Positions 17,092 through 26,656 of a stretch of 64,000 nt of DNA are shown here, piece after piece (within the stretch, counting starts at the first letter, position 1; every line of letters starts with the position of its first letter). The notes beneath the pieces were generated by a model. That model did no database searches. It saw only the letters and a program-made list of their open reading frames with translations, and was not told the DNA's origin. The translations under genes were made by a program, and so were the position numbers. Source of the DNA: Solirubrobacterales bacterium (GTDB taxonomy: Bacteria; Actinomycetota; Thermoleophilia; Solirubrobacterales; 70-9); assembly GCA_035995325.1 (NCBI GenBank), contig DASYKN010000055.1, positions 13,753 through 77,752 on the forward strand, given 5' to 3'.

Positions 17092-17156
17092 GATGGTTCA
17101 AGTTTTCCCCTGGAGAGCGAAGTTGCCCGTTTTGCAGGGGGTGTGGGTGAGTGGAG
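17092..17156. repeat. Repeat copy B: 60 nt of flank F plus only the last 5-6 nt of the tRNA 3' end
   Basis: gatggttcaagttttcccctggagagcgaagttgcccgttttgcagggggtgtgggtgagtggag. After this the sequence diverges. Confidence 0.85.
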
Positions 17157-17280
17157 ATCTCGCCGATCAGCCAGTACCTCTCCGCGACGCGAAGGACGGG
17201 CGGATCCGACCTGCGGAGCAGAGTGCCGCAGTTGGTCGTGGTTCTAATGGTTCAACCCAGGCATCGCGCTCTTCGACCGA

Positions 17281-17811
17281 TCAAGCACCCGTTTCACGGG
17301 ACCTCGGCTCGTTGACGCACACTTGGGGAGAGATAGCTCGCGCCAGCTCGATCAGTCGCTCGACCTGCCCACATGCGCCGTGGACCACCAGCTCCTGGCC
17401 ATTGGCGGCGAGCTGAGATTGCATCTTGGTGATGACGCCAAGCGCACCGGCGTCGAGAAGCTGACAAGTCGAAAGATCCAAGACGATGCAGGGGAGCCCC
17501 GATCCCAACATGTCAGCGAGTAGGTGCTGGAGGGGACCGGTGCCGGCGAGATCCAGCTCGCCGCTCACGCTTATCTGGCGCGCCTCCGCCCAGATCACCG
17601 TTTGCTCAATATGCAGCGCCGCCGGCGCTCGCGCGGGATGATTTTGGGGAGCCAGTCGAGCCGGTGTCTCTTGGTCCTCGGGCTTTCCCTCATCTGGGAG
17701 GGAGACGAGCTCGAAGCGTCCCATTCCTCGCACGAGGCAACGGGGGCAATGTAGGGGAGGGGCCGCGGTACGGATTCGCAGCCGGCAATTGGGACATTGC
17801 GTCCGCGACAT
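17281..17811 (-). CDS. Zinc-ribbon-fused STAS domain protein (anti-sigma-factor antagonist-like)
   Basis: N-terminal CPNCRLRI...LHCPRCLV. C-terminal STAS region (ISVSGELDLAGTGPLQHLL...IVLDLSTCQLLDAGALGVI). Start at the ATG at 17811. Confidence 0.7.
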   Translation of the reverse strand: MSRTQCPNCRLRIRTAAPPLHCPRCLVRGMGRFELVSLPDEGKPEDQETPARLAPQNHPARAPAALHIEQTVIWAEARQISVSGELDLAGTGPLQHLLADMLGSGLPCIVLDLSTCQLLDAGALGVITKMQSQLAANGQELVVHGACGQVERLIELARAISPQVCVNEPRSRETGA

Positions 17812-18055
17812 GGTGAGCACACTGCACCGCCTCCGACCGCCATAGGGCCTCCGGTCAGACGCTGGAGGATCAGCGCCAACGTCGAGTTGTTTCGAATCCA
17901 ACCCCGCCTCTTTTCAGATCGCCAACGTGCGGGCCGCCCTCGCCATCCCGAGTGCACTCCCATTGGTATGACATGCGGACGCTGCTTCAAGCCCAGCGCC
18001 GCCCTCGGCTGACCCAGAGTTGACAACCCAGCGGCACCGGCCTACCAGATGCCAC

Positions 18056-18811
18056 ATGGCCGCTGTGCGCAATGAGCGGATCGGAGACCCCATCGGCCTC
18101 CACGAGCGACGGGTGCTCGCCTGGCTGCGTTCCCGCGGAAGCGACGTCCTCTCCGGCCGCGTCGTTTGGTGCGCCTCCGCCCACGACGGTGGCCACACGG
18201 CTGGTCGGCGCCTCCGGGAGCTGCTGGACGACGACCTCGAGGTTGCTCCCCTTGCCGTGAACGCGCCCGAGCCTCCGGCGGTGTTGGCACGGCGGCTCGA
18301 TGCGATGCTGGCCGGGGTCCCCTCCCCCCGATCGCTCGGGGCCGCAGCGCGGACCGCATACGCCCGCAGCGCCGAGCTCGCCGAGCCCGCCCTCGATAGA
18401 AAGGTGAGGCCCGGGGACGTCGTCGTCCTTCATGACTGCTTTACGGTCTCCTCCGCGGCGGCACTCCGGGAGCGGGGGGCGCACGCGATCTGGCATCTGC
18501 GCAGAGGATCTGGATCGCATGCTCCTTGCGTTGGGGCAGCGATCGACTTTCTCCACCGAGGTGGCGCCGGCGCGGTCGATGCGGTGGTGGCCCACGAGCG
18601 CCAGAGGAACGACGAAGAAGGCCTGATCACCGCCTTCCTGCCAGCCGCCCAGCTTCTCGACATCCGCGAACTGTCGCTGGAGGGGGATGCGGCGCGGGCC
18701 GAGCGGGTGGCGCTCGCGTGGATCAGCCTGCTCGGCGACATCGTCGAGGAAGACCGGGCCGACCACGTCGGCGGCACGATCCAGGCGCGGCCGGTGGTCG
18801 CTGCGCGCTGA
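18056..18811 (+). CDS. Hypothetical protein (weak glycosyltransferase-N-like motif)
   Basis: Coding-like composition. The motif PGDVVVLHD resembles GT4/TreT N-domains. Start at the in-frame ATG at 18056. Confidence 0.4.
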   Translation: MAAVRNERIGDPIGLHERRVLAWLRSRGSDVLSGRVVWCASAHDGGHTAGRRLRELLDDDLEVAPLAVNAPEPPAVLARRLDAMLAGVPSPRSLGAAARTAYARSAELAEPALDRKVRPGDVVVLHDCFTVSSAAALRERGAHAIWHLRRGSGSHAPCVGAAIDFLHRGGAGAVDAVVAHERQRNDEEGLITAFLPAAQLLDIRELSLEGDAARAERVALAWISLLGDIVEEDRADHVGGTIQARPVVAAR

Positions 18812-18815
18812 GGGC

Positions 18816-20471
18816 ATGGGCGCCGCTGAGCCAACCGAGGTCACCGAGACCCCCGACCGCGACGGCGCCTTCCCGCGGCTCAGCGGGGGTCAGATCGAGA
18901 CGTTGACGGCGCACGGGCGTAGCTCGCCGACGAAGCTGGGGGAGCGCCTCTACCGCCAGGGCGACTCTCCTTACGACTTCTTCGTTGTCCTCGAGGGCCT
19001 GGTATCTGCCCACACCGATGCCGAGGGGGACGAGCCCGCGGTCGCCGTCCACGGCCCCCGCCGCTTCCTCGGCGAGCTCAGCCTGTTGACCGGGCAGCCG
19101 GCTTTTTACACGACGGTCGTCCGCGAGGCCGGGGAGGTACTGCAGGTGGCCCCGGAGACGCTGCGCCGGCTGGTCGGCGAAGATCCGGCTCTCGCCGACC
19201 TCGTACTGCGAGCCTTCCTGCTGCGTCGAGAGCTCCTCAGCGGCCTCGGCGCCGGCTTGAAAATCGTCGGCTCACGCCACCTCCCGGACACCCGCCGCCT
19301 ACGCGACTTCGCTGCCCGCAACCGGCTGCCATTCCGCTGGATTGACCCTGACCGCGACCCTCGTGCCGAGGCGCTTCTCGAGCGGCTTGGGATCCTGCCC
19401 GAGGAAACCCCGGTCGTGGTCTGGGGCAGCCGGGTCTGGCGCAACCCGGGCAACGCCGAACTGGCGGCGGCGGCCGGGATGCGCGAGGAGCCGCCGCGCG
19501 ACCGGGTCAGCGACCTCGTCGTCGTCGGCGCCGGGCCGGCTGGCCTGGCGGCGACCGTTTACGGTGCCTCGGAGGGCTTGCTCACCGCGGCCCTCGACGG
19601 AATCGCCGTCGGCGGCCAGGCCAGCACCTCCTCGCGGATCGAGAACTACCTTGGCTTCCCGTCGGGGATCTCCGGCGCCGAGCTGGCCGAACGAGCGACG
19701 ATCCAGGCGCGCAAGTTCGGCGCCCGGATCGTCGTCGGTGCCGCCGCGGTCGGGCTCGAGCTCGGGGACGGAGCCCACACGATCTCGCTTGACGACGGCT
19801 CGACGCTGGAAACGCGGGCGCTGCTGATCGCCACCGGGGCCCGTTATCGCCGCCTCCCGGTCGAGCGGCTCGAGTACTTCGAGGGCGGCGGGGTGCACTA
19901 CGAGGCAACCTTCATGGAGGAGCAGCTCTGCGTCGGCGCTCCGGTCGCCGTGGTCGGCGGCGGCAACTCGGCCGGGCAGGCAACCGCCTTCCTCTCACGC
20001 CGTGCCGGCAAGGTCTATCTGCTGCTTCGCCATGGCGAGCTGACTCGCGACATGTCGCGCTACCTGGCCGACCGGATCGAGCGCCTGCCCAACGTCGAGG
20101 TGCTCCGCAACACCGAGGTCCGCGAGCTACTCGGGGATGACTCCCTGGAAGGCGTCGTCGTCGAGGACCTGAAGAGCGGCGCGCGCCTACGCCTCGACCT
20201 CCGCGAGCTGTTCGTCTTCATCGGCGCCGAGCCGTGCACGGACTGGCTCGAGGGCGTCGTCCCCCTCGACGACCACGGTTACGTGCTGACCGGGTCCGGC
20301 GCGGTAGCTGAGAGCTGCAACGGCGAGGCGCCGCCCGCCCTGCTCGAAACCGGGGTGCCGGGGATCCTCGCCGCCGGGGATGTCCGTGCCGGCTCGATCA
20401 AGCGCGTCGCCTCGGCGGTCGGCGAGGGAGCGATGGCGGTACGCCTCGTCTACGCCCAACTCAACCCCTGA
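18816..20471 (+). CDS. Cyclic-nucleotide-binding domain fused to a thioredoxin-reductase-like FAD/NAD(P) oxidoreductase
   Basis: The cNMP-binding region reads LYRQGDSPYDFFVVLEG...FLGELSLL. This is followed by VVVGAGPAGLAATVYGASEGL, GGGNSAGQA and AAGDVRAGSIKRVASAVGEG. Confidence 0.85.
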   Translation: MGAAEPTEVTETPDRDGAFPRLSGGQIETLTAHGRSSPTKLGERLYRQGDSPYDFFVVLEGLVSAHTDAEGDEPAVAVHGPRRFLGELSLLTGQPAFYTTVVREAGEVLQVAPETLRRLVGEDPALADLVLRAFLLRRELLSGLGAGLKIVGSRHLPDTRRLRDFAARNRLPFRWIDPDRDPRAEALLERLGILPEETPVVVWGSRVWRNPGNAELAAAAGMREEPPRDRVSDLVVVGAGPAGLAATVYGASEGLLTAALDGIAVGGQASTSSRIENYLGFPSGISGAELAERATIQARKFGARIVVGAAAVGLELGDGAHTISLDDGSTLETRALLIATGARYRRLPVERLEYFEGGGVHYEATFMEEQLCVGAPVAVVGGGNSAGQATAFLSRRAGKVYLLLRHGELTRDMSRYLADRIERLPNVEVLRNTEVRELLGDDSLEGVVVEDLKSGARLRLDLRELFVFIGAEPCTDWLEGVVPLDDHGYVLTGSGAVAESCNGEAPPALLETGVPGILAAGDVRAGSIKRVASAVGEGAMAVRLVYAQLNP

Positions 20472-20522
20472 GCTGCGAGCCAAGTGGGAGCCGTTCGGGC
20501 CCCCGCCCGGCTTTCCGCACCG

Positions 20523-20981
20523 CTATGAGCTCTCTTCCTCTTCCTCGTTGCCGCCGACCGTGACCTTGCGGGCTTTCGCCCGCTCCGGCTTCGGGATCTC
20601 GACGAGCATCACACCGCCCTCGAGCCGCGCGTCGACCCGTTCGGGATCGACGTCGCTGGGCAGCGCCACGCGGATCTCGAACTTGCCGGTTCGGCGGGTG
20701 CGGTGGCGTAGCACGCCGACCCGCTCACGCTCCTTGATCTCGCCGGTGACCAGCAGCTCGCCGTCGCGCACTTCGACGTCGACGTCCTTGCGCTTCACCC
20801 CCGGCAGCTCAGCCTCGACGATCCAGGCCTCCTCGGTCTCCTCGATGTCGAAGCGCGGTATGAACGCACTCTGCCCGTTCTGCATCGTGTTGCCGAAGAC
20901 CCCTTGGATCAGCTCGCGGAACGGATCCCATTGCTCGACCGCCAGCGGGGCACCGGCGGAGCGACGTACTGGCAGTGCCAT
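20523..20981 (-). CDS. Hsp20/alpha-crystallin small heat-shock protein
   Basis: PRFDIEETEEAWIVEAELPGVKRKDVDVEV...FEIRVALP...GVMLVEIPK. Confidence 0.9.
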   Translation of the reverse strand: MALPVRRSAGAPLAVEQWDPFRELIQGVFGNTMQNGQSAFIPRFDIEETEEAWIVEAELPGVKRKDVDVEVRDGELLVTGEIKERERVGVLRHRTRRTGKFEIRVALPSDVDPERVDARLEGGVMLVEIPKPERAKARKVTVGGNEEEEESS

Positions 20982-21114
20982 GTCTCTCCTCCTTTACGTA
21001 GGACTGCTTGTCGTCCCGCCAGTAGGTAGGCCTGCGGGCGCCCTTGTCGAGGGTTGATCTGCCGCCAACCAGGACCTCGGGGGCGGCCTGGAGGCCGCGA
21101 GTCCGCGAGCGGCG

Positions 21115-22044
21115 CTAGAGCCAGAGTCGAACGGTGAAGCGGGCATCGCTCGGGAAAGCCTCCAGCTTCTTGACCAGCTGCCGCACGACCCACATCCCCG
21201 GCGCCTGGCCACCCGGCTCGCCGGGGGGATCGAAGCCGATCAGCGGATCGTCAAAGCCCGGGCCCTGGTCGACCACCTCGCAGACCACCAGGTTGCCGAC
21301 CCTGCCGAGCCGGACCTCGACCGGCGGCTCGCCGTGCCCGAAGGCGTTGAGGATCGCCTCGTTGGCCGCCAGCACGGTCTCCAGCGCGCGCGAGCCGCCC
21401 ACCCCTTGGGCGGCGAGCGCCGCGCCGAGCTGTTCGCGCAGCGCCTCGGGGCCCTCGCCCGCGGCAACCGTCCGCAAGTCGGGCAGCGCCCGCGGTAGCG
21501 GGGTCCGCTCCCTGAGGATCTCCGTGAGGTCGGCGCGGGGACTGCCAAGGCGAGCCCCGCCGCTCAGCGCCGGGTGACCGCGCAGGACCGCGTCGAGCAT
21601 CGGCGCCGGAGTGCGCCGGGCGTCATAGCCGCAGAGTGCCCACACCGGCATCGCGGCGAGTGCTCGCTCGAGCGACGCCTCGTAGCCGAGCCAGTCCAGC
21701 CAGCCGTCTTGGGCCGGCCCCGGCTCGACCCCGACGAGCAGTCGCACCGCCGGAAAGCGTCGCAGTCGCTCATACAGCGCCGCGTACTGGGCGGCGAGGG
21801 TCCGTGCGGGCCGGTCGGCGACCGCGGCGAGGTCGAGGAAGCCGACCTCCTCCGAGACCGAGCCGAGGGCGCGGCGGATCAGCGCCTGGCGGTCGCGCGG
21901 AGCCGCGACCAGCGCTCCCTCACCGCCCTCCAGCCCCGCGCGGAGGAAATCGGCCGCTGCTTCAACGTATTCCGCGTCGGATGAGTAGACGAATGCGGTG
22001 TGGCGAAGTTCCGGTTGGCTCACGGCTGGTGATGCTTCTACCAA
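21115..22044 (-). CDS. MEDS-domain sensor fused to an RsbW-like HATPase anti-sigma domain
   Basis: N-terminal HTAFVYSSDAEYVEAAADFLRAGL (MEDS-like). C-terminal NEAILNAFGHG...VVDQGPGFDDP (HATPase_c). It starts 10 nt downstream of the sigma factor gene. Confidence 0.7.
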   Translation of the reverse strand: MVEASPAVSQPELRHTAFVYSSDAEYVEAAADFLRAGLEGGEGALVAAPRDRQALIRRALGSVSEEVGFLDLAAVADRPARTLAAQYAALYERLRRFPAVRLLVGVEPGPAQDGWLDWLGYEASLERALAAMPVWALCGYDARRTPAPMLDAVLRGHPALSGGARLGSPRADLTEILRERTPLPRALPDLRTVAAGEGPEALREQLGAALAAQGVGGSRALETVLAANEAILNAFGHGEPPVEVRLGRVGNLVVCEVVDQGPGFDDPLIGFDPPGEPGGQAPGMWVVRQLVKKLEAFPSDARFTVRLWL

Positions 22045-22053
22045 AGCCGGCCG

Positions 22054-22824
22054 CTACCTCCGTGAAGTGCTCGCTGGCCAAGCGGCTGCCTGGCGTAGTT
22101 TGCCGAGGGCGCGGTCCTCCAGCTGTCTGACCCGCTCCACGCTGAGGTCGAACTCCCGGCCGATCTCGCGCAGCGTCCGCTGCCGGCAGTCAATCCCGTA
22201 ATGAGCGAAGACGATGCGGCGCTCGCGCTCCTCGAGGCCGGCGGCGAGATCCTGGATATGCTCCCCGCCGGCCAGATCGACGATCCGTTCGTAGTCCTCC
22301 TCGGTGGCCGGATCGGCGAGTCGCTCGACGAAGGTCGTCGCCATCTCCTCGTCGCCGGGAAGTCGCGCCTGCAGGCTGCTCGGGGCGCGCTCGACCGAGA
22401 TCAGATGCTGGATCTGGTCCAGCGGCATTTTCGTACTCTCGGCGAGCTCGGAGTCGGAAGGCTCACGCCGGTTCGCCTGGGCGAAGGCGGATCGCGCCCG
22501 CTTCATCTGGACGAGACTGCGGGTGGCTCGGTCGGAGAGGACGACGGGGCTGGTCAGCTCGGCGACGAGCTGCTGCATCGCCTGCCGAACCCACCACGAC
22601 GCGTAAGCCCAGAACGGCGTCTCGTAACGCTGGTCATAGCGCCGCGCGGCGCGCAGCAGGCCGACCACCCCCTCCTGCTGGAGCTCCCGGCGCTCGAGGC
22701 TGGCAAAGCTCCGGTAGAGGTTCGCGACTCCGTTGATCGCCGGCATAAAGGCCGTCACCAATTCCTCGGTGGCGGTTCGGTCACCGGCCTCGGTCAGGGC
22801 GAGAAGGTGGCGCTCTCGGGCCAT
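22054..22824 (-). CDS. RNA polymerase sigma factor, group 3 (SigB/SigF-like)
   Basis: Region 2: DLQQEGVVGLLRAARRYD...FWAYASWWVRQAM. Region 4: RRIVFAHYG...RTLREIGREFDLSVERVRQLEDRAL. Start at the ATG at 22824. Confidence 0.85.
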   Translation of the reverse strand: MARERHLLALTEAGDRTATEELVTAFMPAINGVANLYRSFASLERRELQQEGVVGLLRAARRYDQRYETPFWAYASWWVRQAMQQLVAELTSPVVLSDRATRSLVQMKRARSAFAQANRREPSDSELAESTKMPLDQIQHLISVERAPSSLQARLPGDEEMATTFVERLADPATEEDYERIVDLAGGEHIQDLAAGLEERERRIVFAHYGIDCRQRTLREIGREFDLSVERVRQLEDRALGKLRQAAAWPASTSRR

Positions 22825-22929
22825 AGGGAGAGGCGAGCTCGCTGGATGCGCCTGGTCGCGCAATGCGCCTTCTTCCGGTGTGTTGCAGTCGGCTGACCGA
22901 ACAGCTCCGGATCACCTTAGACCATAGAT

Positions 22930-23031
22930 CGCCACCCCGATACCCCTTAAAACGCCACCCCGGTACCCCCTTTAAATCCCCTTCAAGAGGCTGCCTAAAC
23001 CTCTTGACGCCAGCCTTTGCCGACCTACCAG
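22930..23031 (+). promoter_or_regulatory. dnaK upstream control region: tandem 22-24-bp direct repeats, an inverted repeat overlapping a TTGACG -35-like box, and a TACCAG box
   Basis: Direct repeats cgccaccccgataccccttaaa (22930-22951) and cgccaccccggtaccccctttaaa (22953-22976). Inverted repeat TCAAGAGG-N9-CCTCTTGA at 22983-23007. TTGACG at 23004-23009 and TACCAG at 23026-23031. Confidence 0.45.
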
Positions 23032-23085
23032 GAGGTGTGAAAGCCCGCGAACGGCCCGGACGCCCGGGCTCGAGAGGAGGCCACG

Positions 23086-24966
23086 ATGGCAAAGGCTGTC
23101 GGAATTGACCTCGGCACGACCAACTCGGTGGTCGCCGCAACGTTGGAGGGCGGACAGGCCGAGGTGATCCCAAACTCCGAGGGCTCACGGACGACGCCAT
23201 CGGTGGTCGCCTTCACTGAGGACAGCGAGCGGTTGGTCGGTCAGATCGCCAAACGCCAGGCGATCCTCAATGCCGAGGCGACCATCTACTCCGCCAAGCG
23301 CTTCATCGGCCGCAAGTGGGGCGAGGTCGACGAGGAGGCGAAAATCGTCTCCTACAAGGTGGTCAAAGGCGAGAACGACGCGGTTCGCTTTGAAGTCCGC
23401 GGCAGGCAACACGCGCCGGAGGAGATCTCCGCACAGGTGCTGCGCAAGCTCGCCGACGACGCGGCCAAGTTCCTCGGCGAAAAAGTCACCGAGGCGGTGA
23501 TCACCGTGCCCGCCTACTTCAACGACTCACAGCGGCAGGCGACCAAAGACGCAGGCAAAATTGCCGGCCTCGAGGTGCTGCGGATCATCAACGAGCCGAC
23601 CGCGGCCGCCCTCGCCTACGGCCTCGACAAGAAAGGCTCCGAGACGGTCCTCGTCTTCGATCTCGGCGGCGGCACCTTCGATGTCTCGCTGCTGGAAGTC
23701 GGCGACGGCGTGATCGAGGTTCGCTCGACCAGCGGTGACGGTCATCTTGGCGGCGACGACTTCGACAAACGGGTGGTCGACTGGCTGGCCGACGAATTCA
23801 AGAAGGACCAGGGAATCGACCTGGCGGCGGATCCCCAGGCCCTGCAGCGCCTCTTCGAGGCCGCCGAGCGGGCGAAGATCGAGCTCTCCTCGACCACCCA
23901 GACGCAGATCAACCTGCCGTACATCACCGCCGACGCGGCGGGCCCGAAACACCTCAACATCACGCTCGCCCGGTCGAAGTTCGAGCAGCTGGTCGAGGAT
24001 CTGATCGCCCGCACCCGTGGGCCGGTCGAACAGGCGCTGAAAGACGCCGGCCTCAGCGCCGACGACATCGACGAGGTGATCCTGGTCGGCGGCTCGACCC
24101 GGATCCCGAAAGTCCAGGACCTGGTGCGCAAACTGACCGGCGGCAAGGACCCGAACCAGACGGTCAATCCGGACGAGGTAGTGGCGATCGGGGCCGCCCT
24201 GCAGGCCGGGGTGCTGAAAGGCGAGGTCGAGGACGTCGTCCTGCTCGACGTCACCCCGCTCTCGCTCGGGCTGGAGACGATGGGCGGCGTGATGACGAAA
24301 GTCATCGAGCGCAACACGACGATCCCAGCCCGGCGGACCGAGGTCTTCTCCACCGCCGAGGACAACCAGACCGCGGTCGACGTCGTCGTCCTCCAGGGCG
24401 AGCGCGAGATGGCCCGCGACAATCGGCAGCTGGCCAAATTCCGGCTCGAAGGAATCCGGCCGGCGCCCCGCGGCGAGCCGCAGGTCGAGGTCACCTTCGA
24501 CATCGACGCGAACGGCATTCTCAACGTCTCTGCGCGCGACAAAGACACCGGTGCCGAACAGCAGGTGACGATCACCGAAACGACCAACCTCGACAGCTCC
24601 GACATCGAGCGGATGATCAAGGAGGCCGAAGAACACGCGGCCGAAGACCGCCAGCAGCGCGAAGAAGTCGACGCCCGCAACGAGCTCGACGCCTTCGCCC
24701 ATCGGGTCGAGCGGCAGCTCGAGGAGCTTGGCGATCGGGTGCCGGTCAACCAGAAGGAACAGGCCGAGGCGCTGGTCCGCGACGCGCGGGGAGCGATCGA
24801 GGAGCAAGCCGGTCTCGACCGTGCGCGGCCGCTGATCTCCGACCTGCAGCAGATGGTTCAGGCGCTGCAGAGTGCCGGTGTGACTGCCGGCCCCCGGGAC
24901 GGCGGCGAGGGTGAGCCCGCGGCCGAGGAGGAGGAAGTCGTCGATGCCGAGTTCACCCGCGAGTGA
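23086..24966 (+). CDS. dnaK: Molecular chaperone DnaK (Hsp70)
   Basis: [22 protein letters not shown] and [14 protein letters not shown] signatures. 626 aa. Confidence 0.97.
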   Translation: MAKAVGIDLGTTNSVVAATLEGGQAEVIPNSEGSRTTPSVVAFTEDSERLVGQIAKRQAILNAEATIYSAKRFIGRKWGEVDEEAKIVSYKVVKGENDAVRFEVRGRQHAPEEISAQVLRKLADDAAKFLGEKVTEAVITVPAYFNDSQRQATKDAGKIAGLEVLRIINEPTAAALAYGLDKKGSETVLVFDLGGGTFDVSLLEVGDGVIEVRSTSGDGHLGGDDFDKRVVDWLADEFKKDQGIDLAADPQALQRLFEAAERAKIELSSTTQTQINLPYITADAAGPKHLNITLARSKFEQLVEDLIARTRGPVEQALKDAGLSADDIDEVILVGGSTRIPKVQDLVRKLTGGKDPNQTVNPDEVVAIGAALQAGVLKGEVEDVVLLDVTPLSLGLETMGGVMTKVIERNTTIPARRTEVFSTAEDNQTAVDVVVLQGEREMARDNRQLAKFRLEGIRPAPRGEPQVEVTFDIDANGILNVSARDKDTGAEQQVTITETTNLDSSDIERMIKEAEEHAAEDRQQREEVDARNELDAFAHRVERQLEELGDRVPVNQKEQAEALVRDARGAIEEQAGLDRARPLISDLQQMVQALQSAGVTAGPRDGGEGEPAAEEEEVVDAEFTRE

Positions 24967-25486
24967 AGAGGAGCAACAGGCGGGCCAGGCCGCGGGAGCG
25001 GCGCAGGTGACCAACCAGGAATCAGGCAGCACGCAGCCTCCGCCTCGCGATGACGAGCGTTACCTGCGCGCTCTCGCCGACCTCGAGAACTATCGCAAGC
25101 GCTCGGCGCAGGAAGTGGAGCGGCGGGTCAGCGAACAGGCCGAGCGGCTGCTGCTCGACTGGATCGAGGCGGTGGACAGCGTCGACCGAGCACTGGGGAT
25201 GCAGCCCTCCGACGGGCTGCGCAGAGTCCTCGAGCAGATGGAGGGGATCCTTGCCCGGCAGGGCGTCGCGCGGGTGGGCGCCGTGGGCGATCGCTTCGAT
25301 CCCGAGCTGCACGAGGCGATCTCCGTTCAGGAGAGCGACGAGGTCCCCGACCGCACCGTGCTCGACGTCGCCCGCTCGGGCTATCGCCACAGCGAGCGGG
25401 TGCTGCGCCCGGCCCAGGTGGTGGTTTCGCGGCACGGCGGCGGCTCAGAGCAAAAGCGGAAGCCCAGCGAAGAAAGGAAGGACTGA
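24944..25486 (+). CDS. grpE: Nucleotide exchange factor GrpE
   Basis: [12 protein letters not shown]...[12 protein letters not shown]. The ATG at 24944 overlaps the dnaK 3' end. Confidence 0.9.
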   Translation: MPSSPASEEEQQAGQAAGAAQVTNQESGSTQPPPRDDERYLRALADLENYRKRSAQEVERRVSEQAERLLLDWIEAVDSVDRALGMQPSDGLRRVLEQMEGILARQGVARVGAVGDRFDPELHEAISVQESDEVPDRTVLDVARSGYRHSERVLRPAQVVVSRHGGGSEQKRKPSEERKD

Positions 25487-26395
25487 TTGGCAGTCGGCTT
25501 TCGCGATTACTACGAGTTACTGGGCGTCCCCCGCGGCGCCGGCGACGAGGAGATCCGCAGCGCCTACCGCAAGCTCGCGCGCGAATTTCATCCGGACGTC
25601 AACAAGGATCCCGACGCCGAGGACCGCTTCAAAGAGGTCTCGGAGGCCTACGAGGTCCTGCGCGACCCCGAGAAACGGGAGAAATACGAACGCCTCGGGA
25701 CGAACTGGAAAGCCGGTGAGGACGTCAGCGGCGCCTCCGGGTTCGGTGGGGGCTTCGGGGGCGGCGACGGCAAGGGATTCGGCGACGCCGCCGGCTTCAG
25801 CGACTTCTTCGAGAGCTTCTTCGGCGGCCGGCGAGGGCCCCCCCGGGGCTTCGATGGCTTCTCGATGCGGGGCGGTGACCAAGAGGCGACGCTCGAGGTC
25901 ACGCTCGAGGAAGCGGCCCGTGGTGGCAAACAGAGCATCTCGCTCCCCGACGGTCGCGATTTCGAGGTGCAGATCCCGCCCGGCGTCCGCGACGGTCAGA
26001 AAATCCGTCTCGCCGGGCAACGCGGGGAAGGGGCGAGCGGCGGTCCGGCGGGGGACCTCTACCTGCGGGTGCGGATCAAACCCCACCCGCGCTTCCGCCG
26101 CGAAGACGACGACCTCGTGGTCGAGGTCCCGGTCGCGCCCTGGGAGGCGGCGCTCGGGGCCACGGTTCCCGTCCCCACCCTCCACGGCAACGCTAAAGTC
26201 AAAGTTCCGGCCGGCTCCTCCAGCGGCCGCCGTTTGCGACTGAGAGGCGAGGGGATGTCGGGCCCCGGCCGGCGCAAGGGCGATCTCTACGCAAGCGTCA
26301 GGATCGTGGTTCCTAAGGTCCTCGAGAAACGCGAGCGCGAGCTGTTCGAGGAGCTGGCCGCGGTCTCGCGGTTCGACCCGAGGCAGGGGCGCTGA
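25487..26395 (+). CDS. cbpA: J-domain co-chaperone without a zinc-finger domain (CbpA-like DnaJ)
   Basis: DYYELLGVPRGAGDEEIRSAYRKLAREFHPDVNKD, a G/F-rich linker and C-terminal substrate-binding domains. No CxxCxGxG repeats. TTG start. Confidence 0.85.
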   Translation: MAVGFRDYYELLGVPRGAGDEEIRSAYRKLAREFHPDVNKDPDAEDRFKEVSEAYEVLRDPEKREKYERLGTNWKAGEDVSGASGFGGGFGGGDGKGFGDAAGFSDFFESFFGGRRGPPRGFDGFSMRGGDQEATLEVTLEEAARGGKQSISLPDGRDFEVQIPPGVRDGQKIRLAGQRGEGASGGPAGDLYLRVRIKPHPRFRREDDDLVVEVPVAPWEAALGATVPVPTLHGNAKVKVPAGSSSGRRLRLRGEGMSGPGRRKGDLYASVRIVVPKVLEKRERELFEELAAVSRFDPRQGR

Positions 26396-26640
26396 TGTCG
26401 CCTGGCACGGCCCTCATCCTCGCCGACGCCCGGGTGCTCGCCCGCCGCTCTGGCCTGCACCCCGACTTGGTGCGGCGGCTGGTCGCGCTCGACGCCGTCG
26501 ACCCCCTCGACTGGGACGCCGCGGCGCGCCTCGCGCGCCTGGTGCGGCTGCGCCACGACCTCGGCCTCAACGTCGCCGGCGCGGCGCTCGCCTGTGACCT
26601 GCTGATGCGGATCGAGGAGCTGGAAGCGCGGCGGCCCTAG
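26395..26640 (+). CDS. cbpM: MerR_2-type chaperone modulator (CbpM/HspR-like)
   Basis: 81 aa. SGLHPDLVRRLVALDAVDP ... RLRHDLGLNVAGAALACDLLMRIEELE. ATGA-type overlap with the cbpA stop. Confidence 0.7.
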   Translation: MSPGTALILADARVLARRSGLHPDLVRRLVALDAVDPLDWDAAARLARLVRLRHDLGLNVAGAALACDLLMRIEELEARRP

Positions 26641-26656
26641 GCGCCCTGCGATAGCC

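Larger units (their letters stand above)
14880..17156. mobile_element. Cassette 1 (tRNA-fragment-bounded, no recombinase gene): PD-(D/E)xK-like plus GIY-YIG-like genes
   Basis: Bounded by direct copies of flank F (14826-14884 and 17092-17156). Visibly lower G+C. Its left end is homologous to the left end of cassette 2. Confidence 0.5.

Noticed and set aside
22864-23085. Canonical CIRCE (TTAGCACTC-N9-GAGTGCTAA) or HAIR (CTTGAGT-N7-ACTCAAG) elements upstream of dnaK.
   Set aside because: Reading the 220-nt intergenic region on both strands shows neither consensus. Only the different inverted repeat reported in the findings is present.
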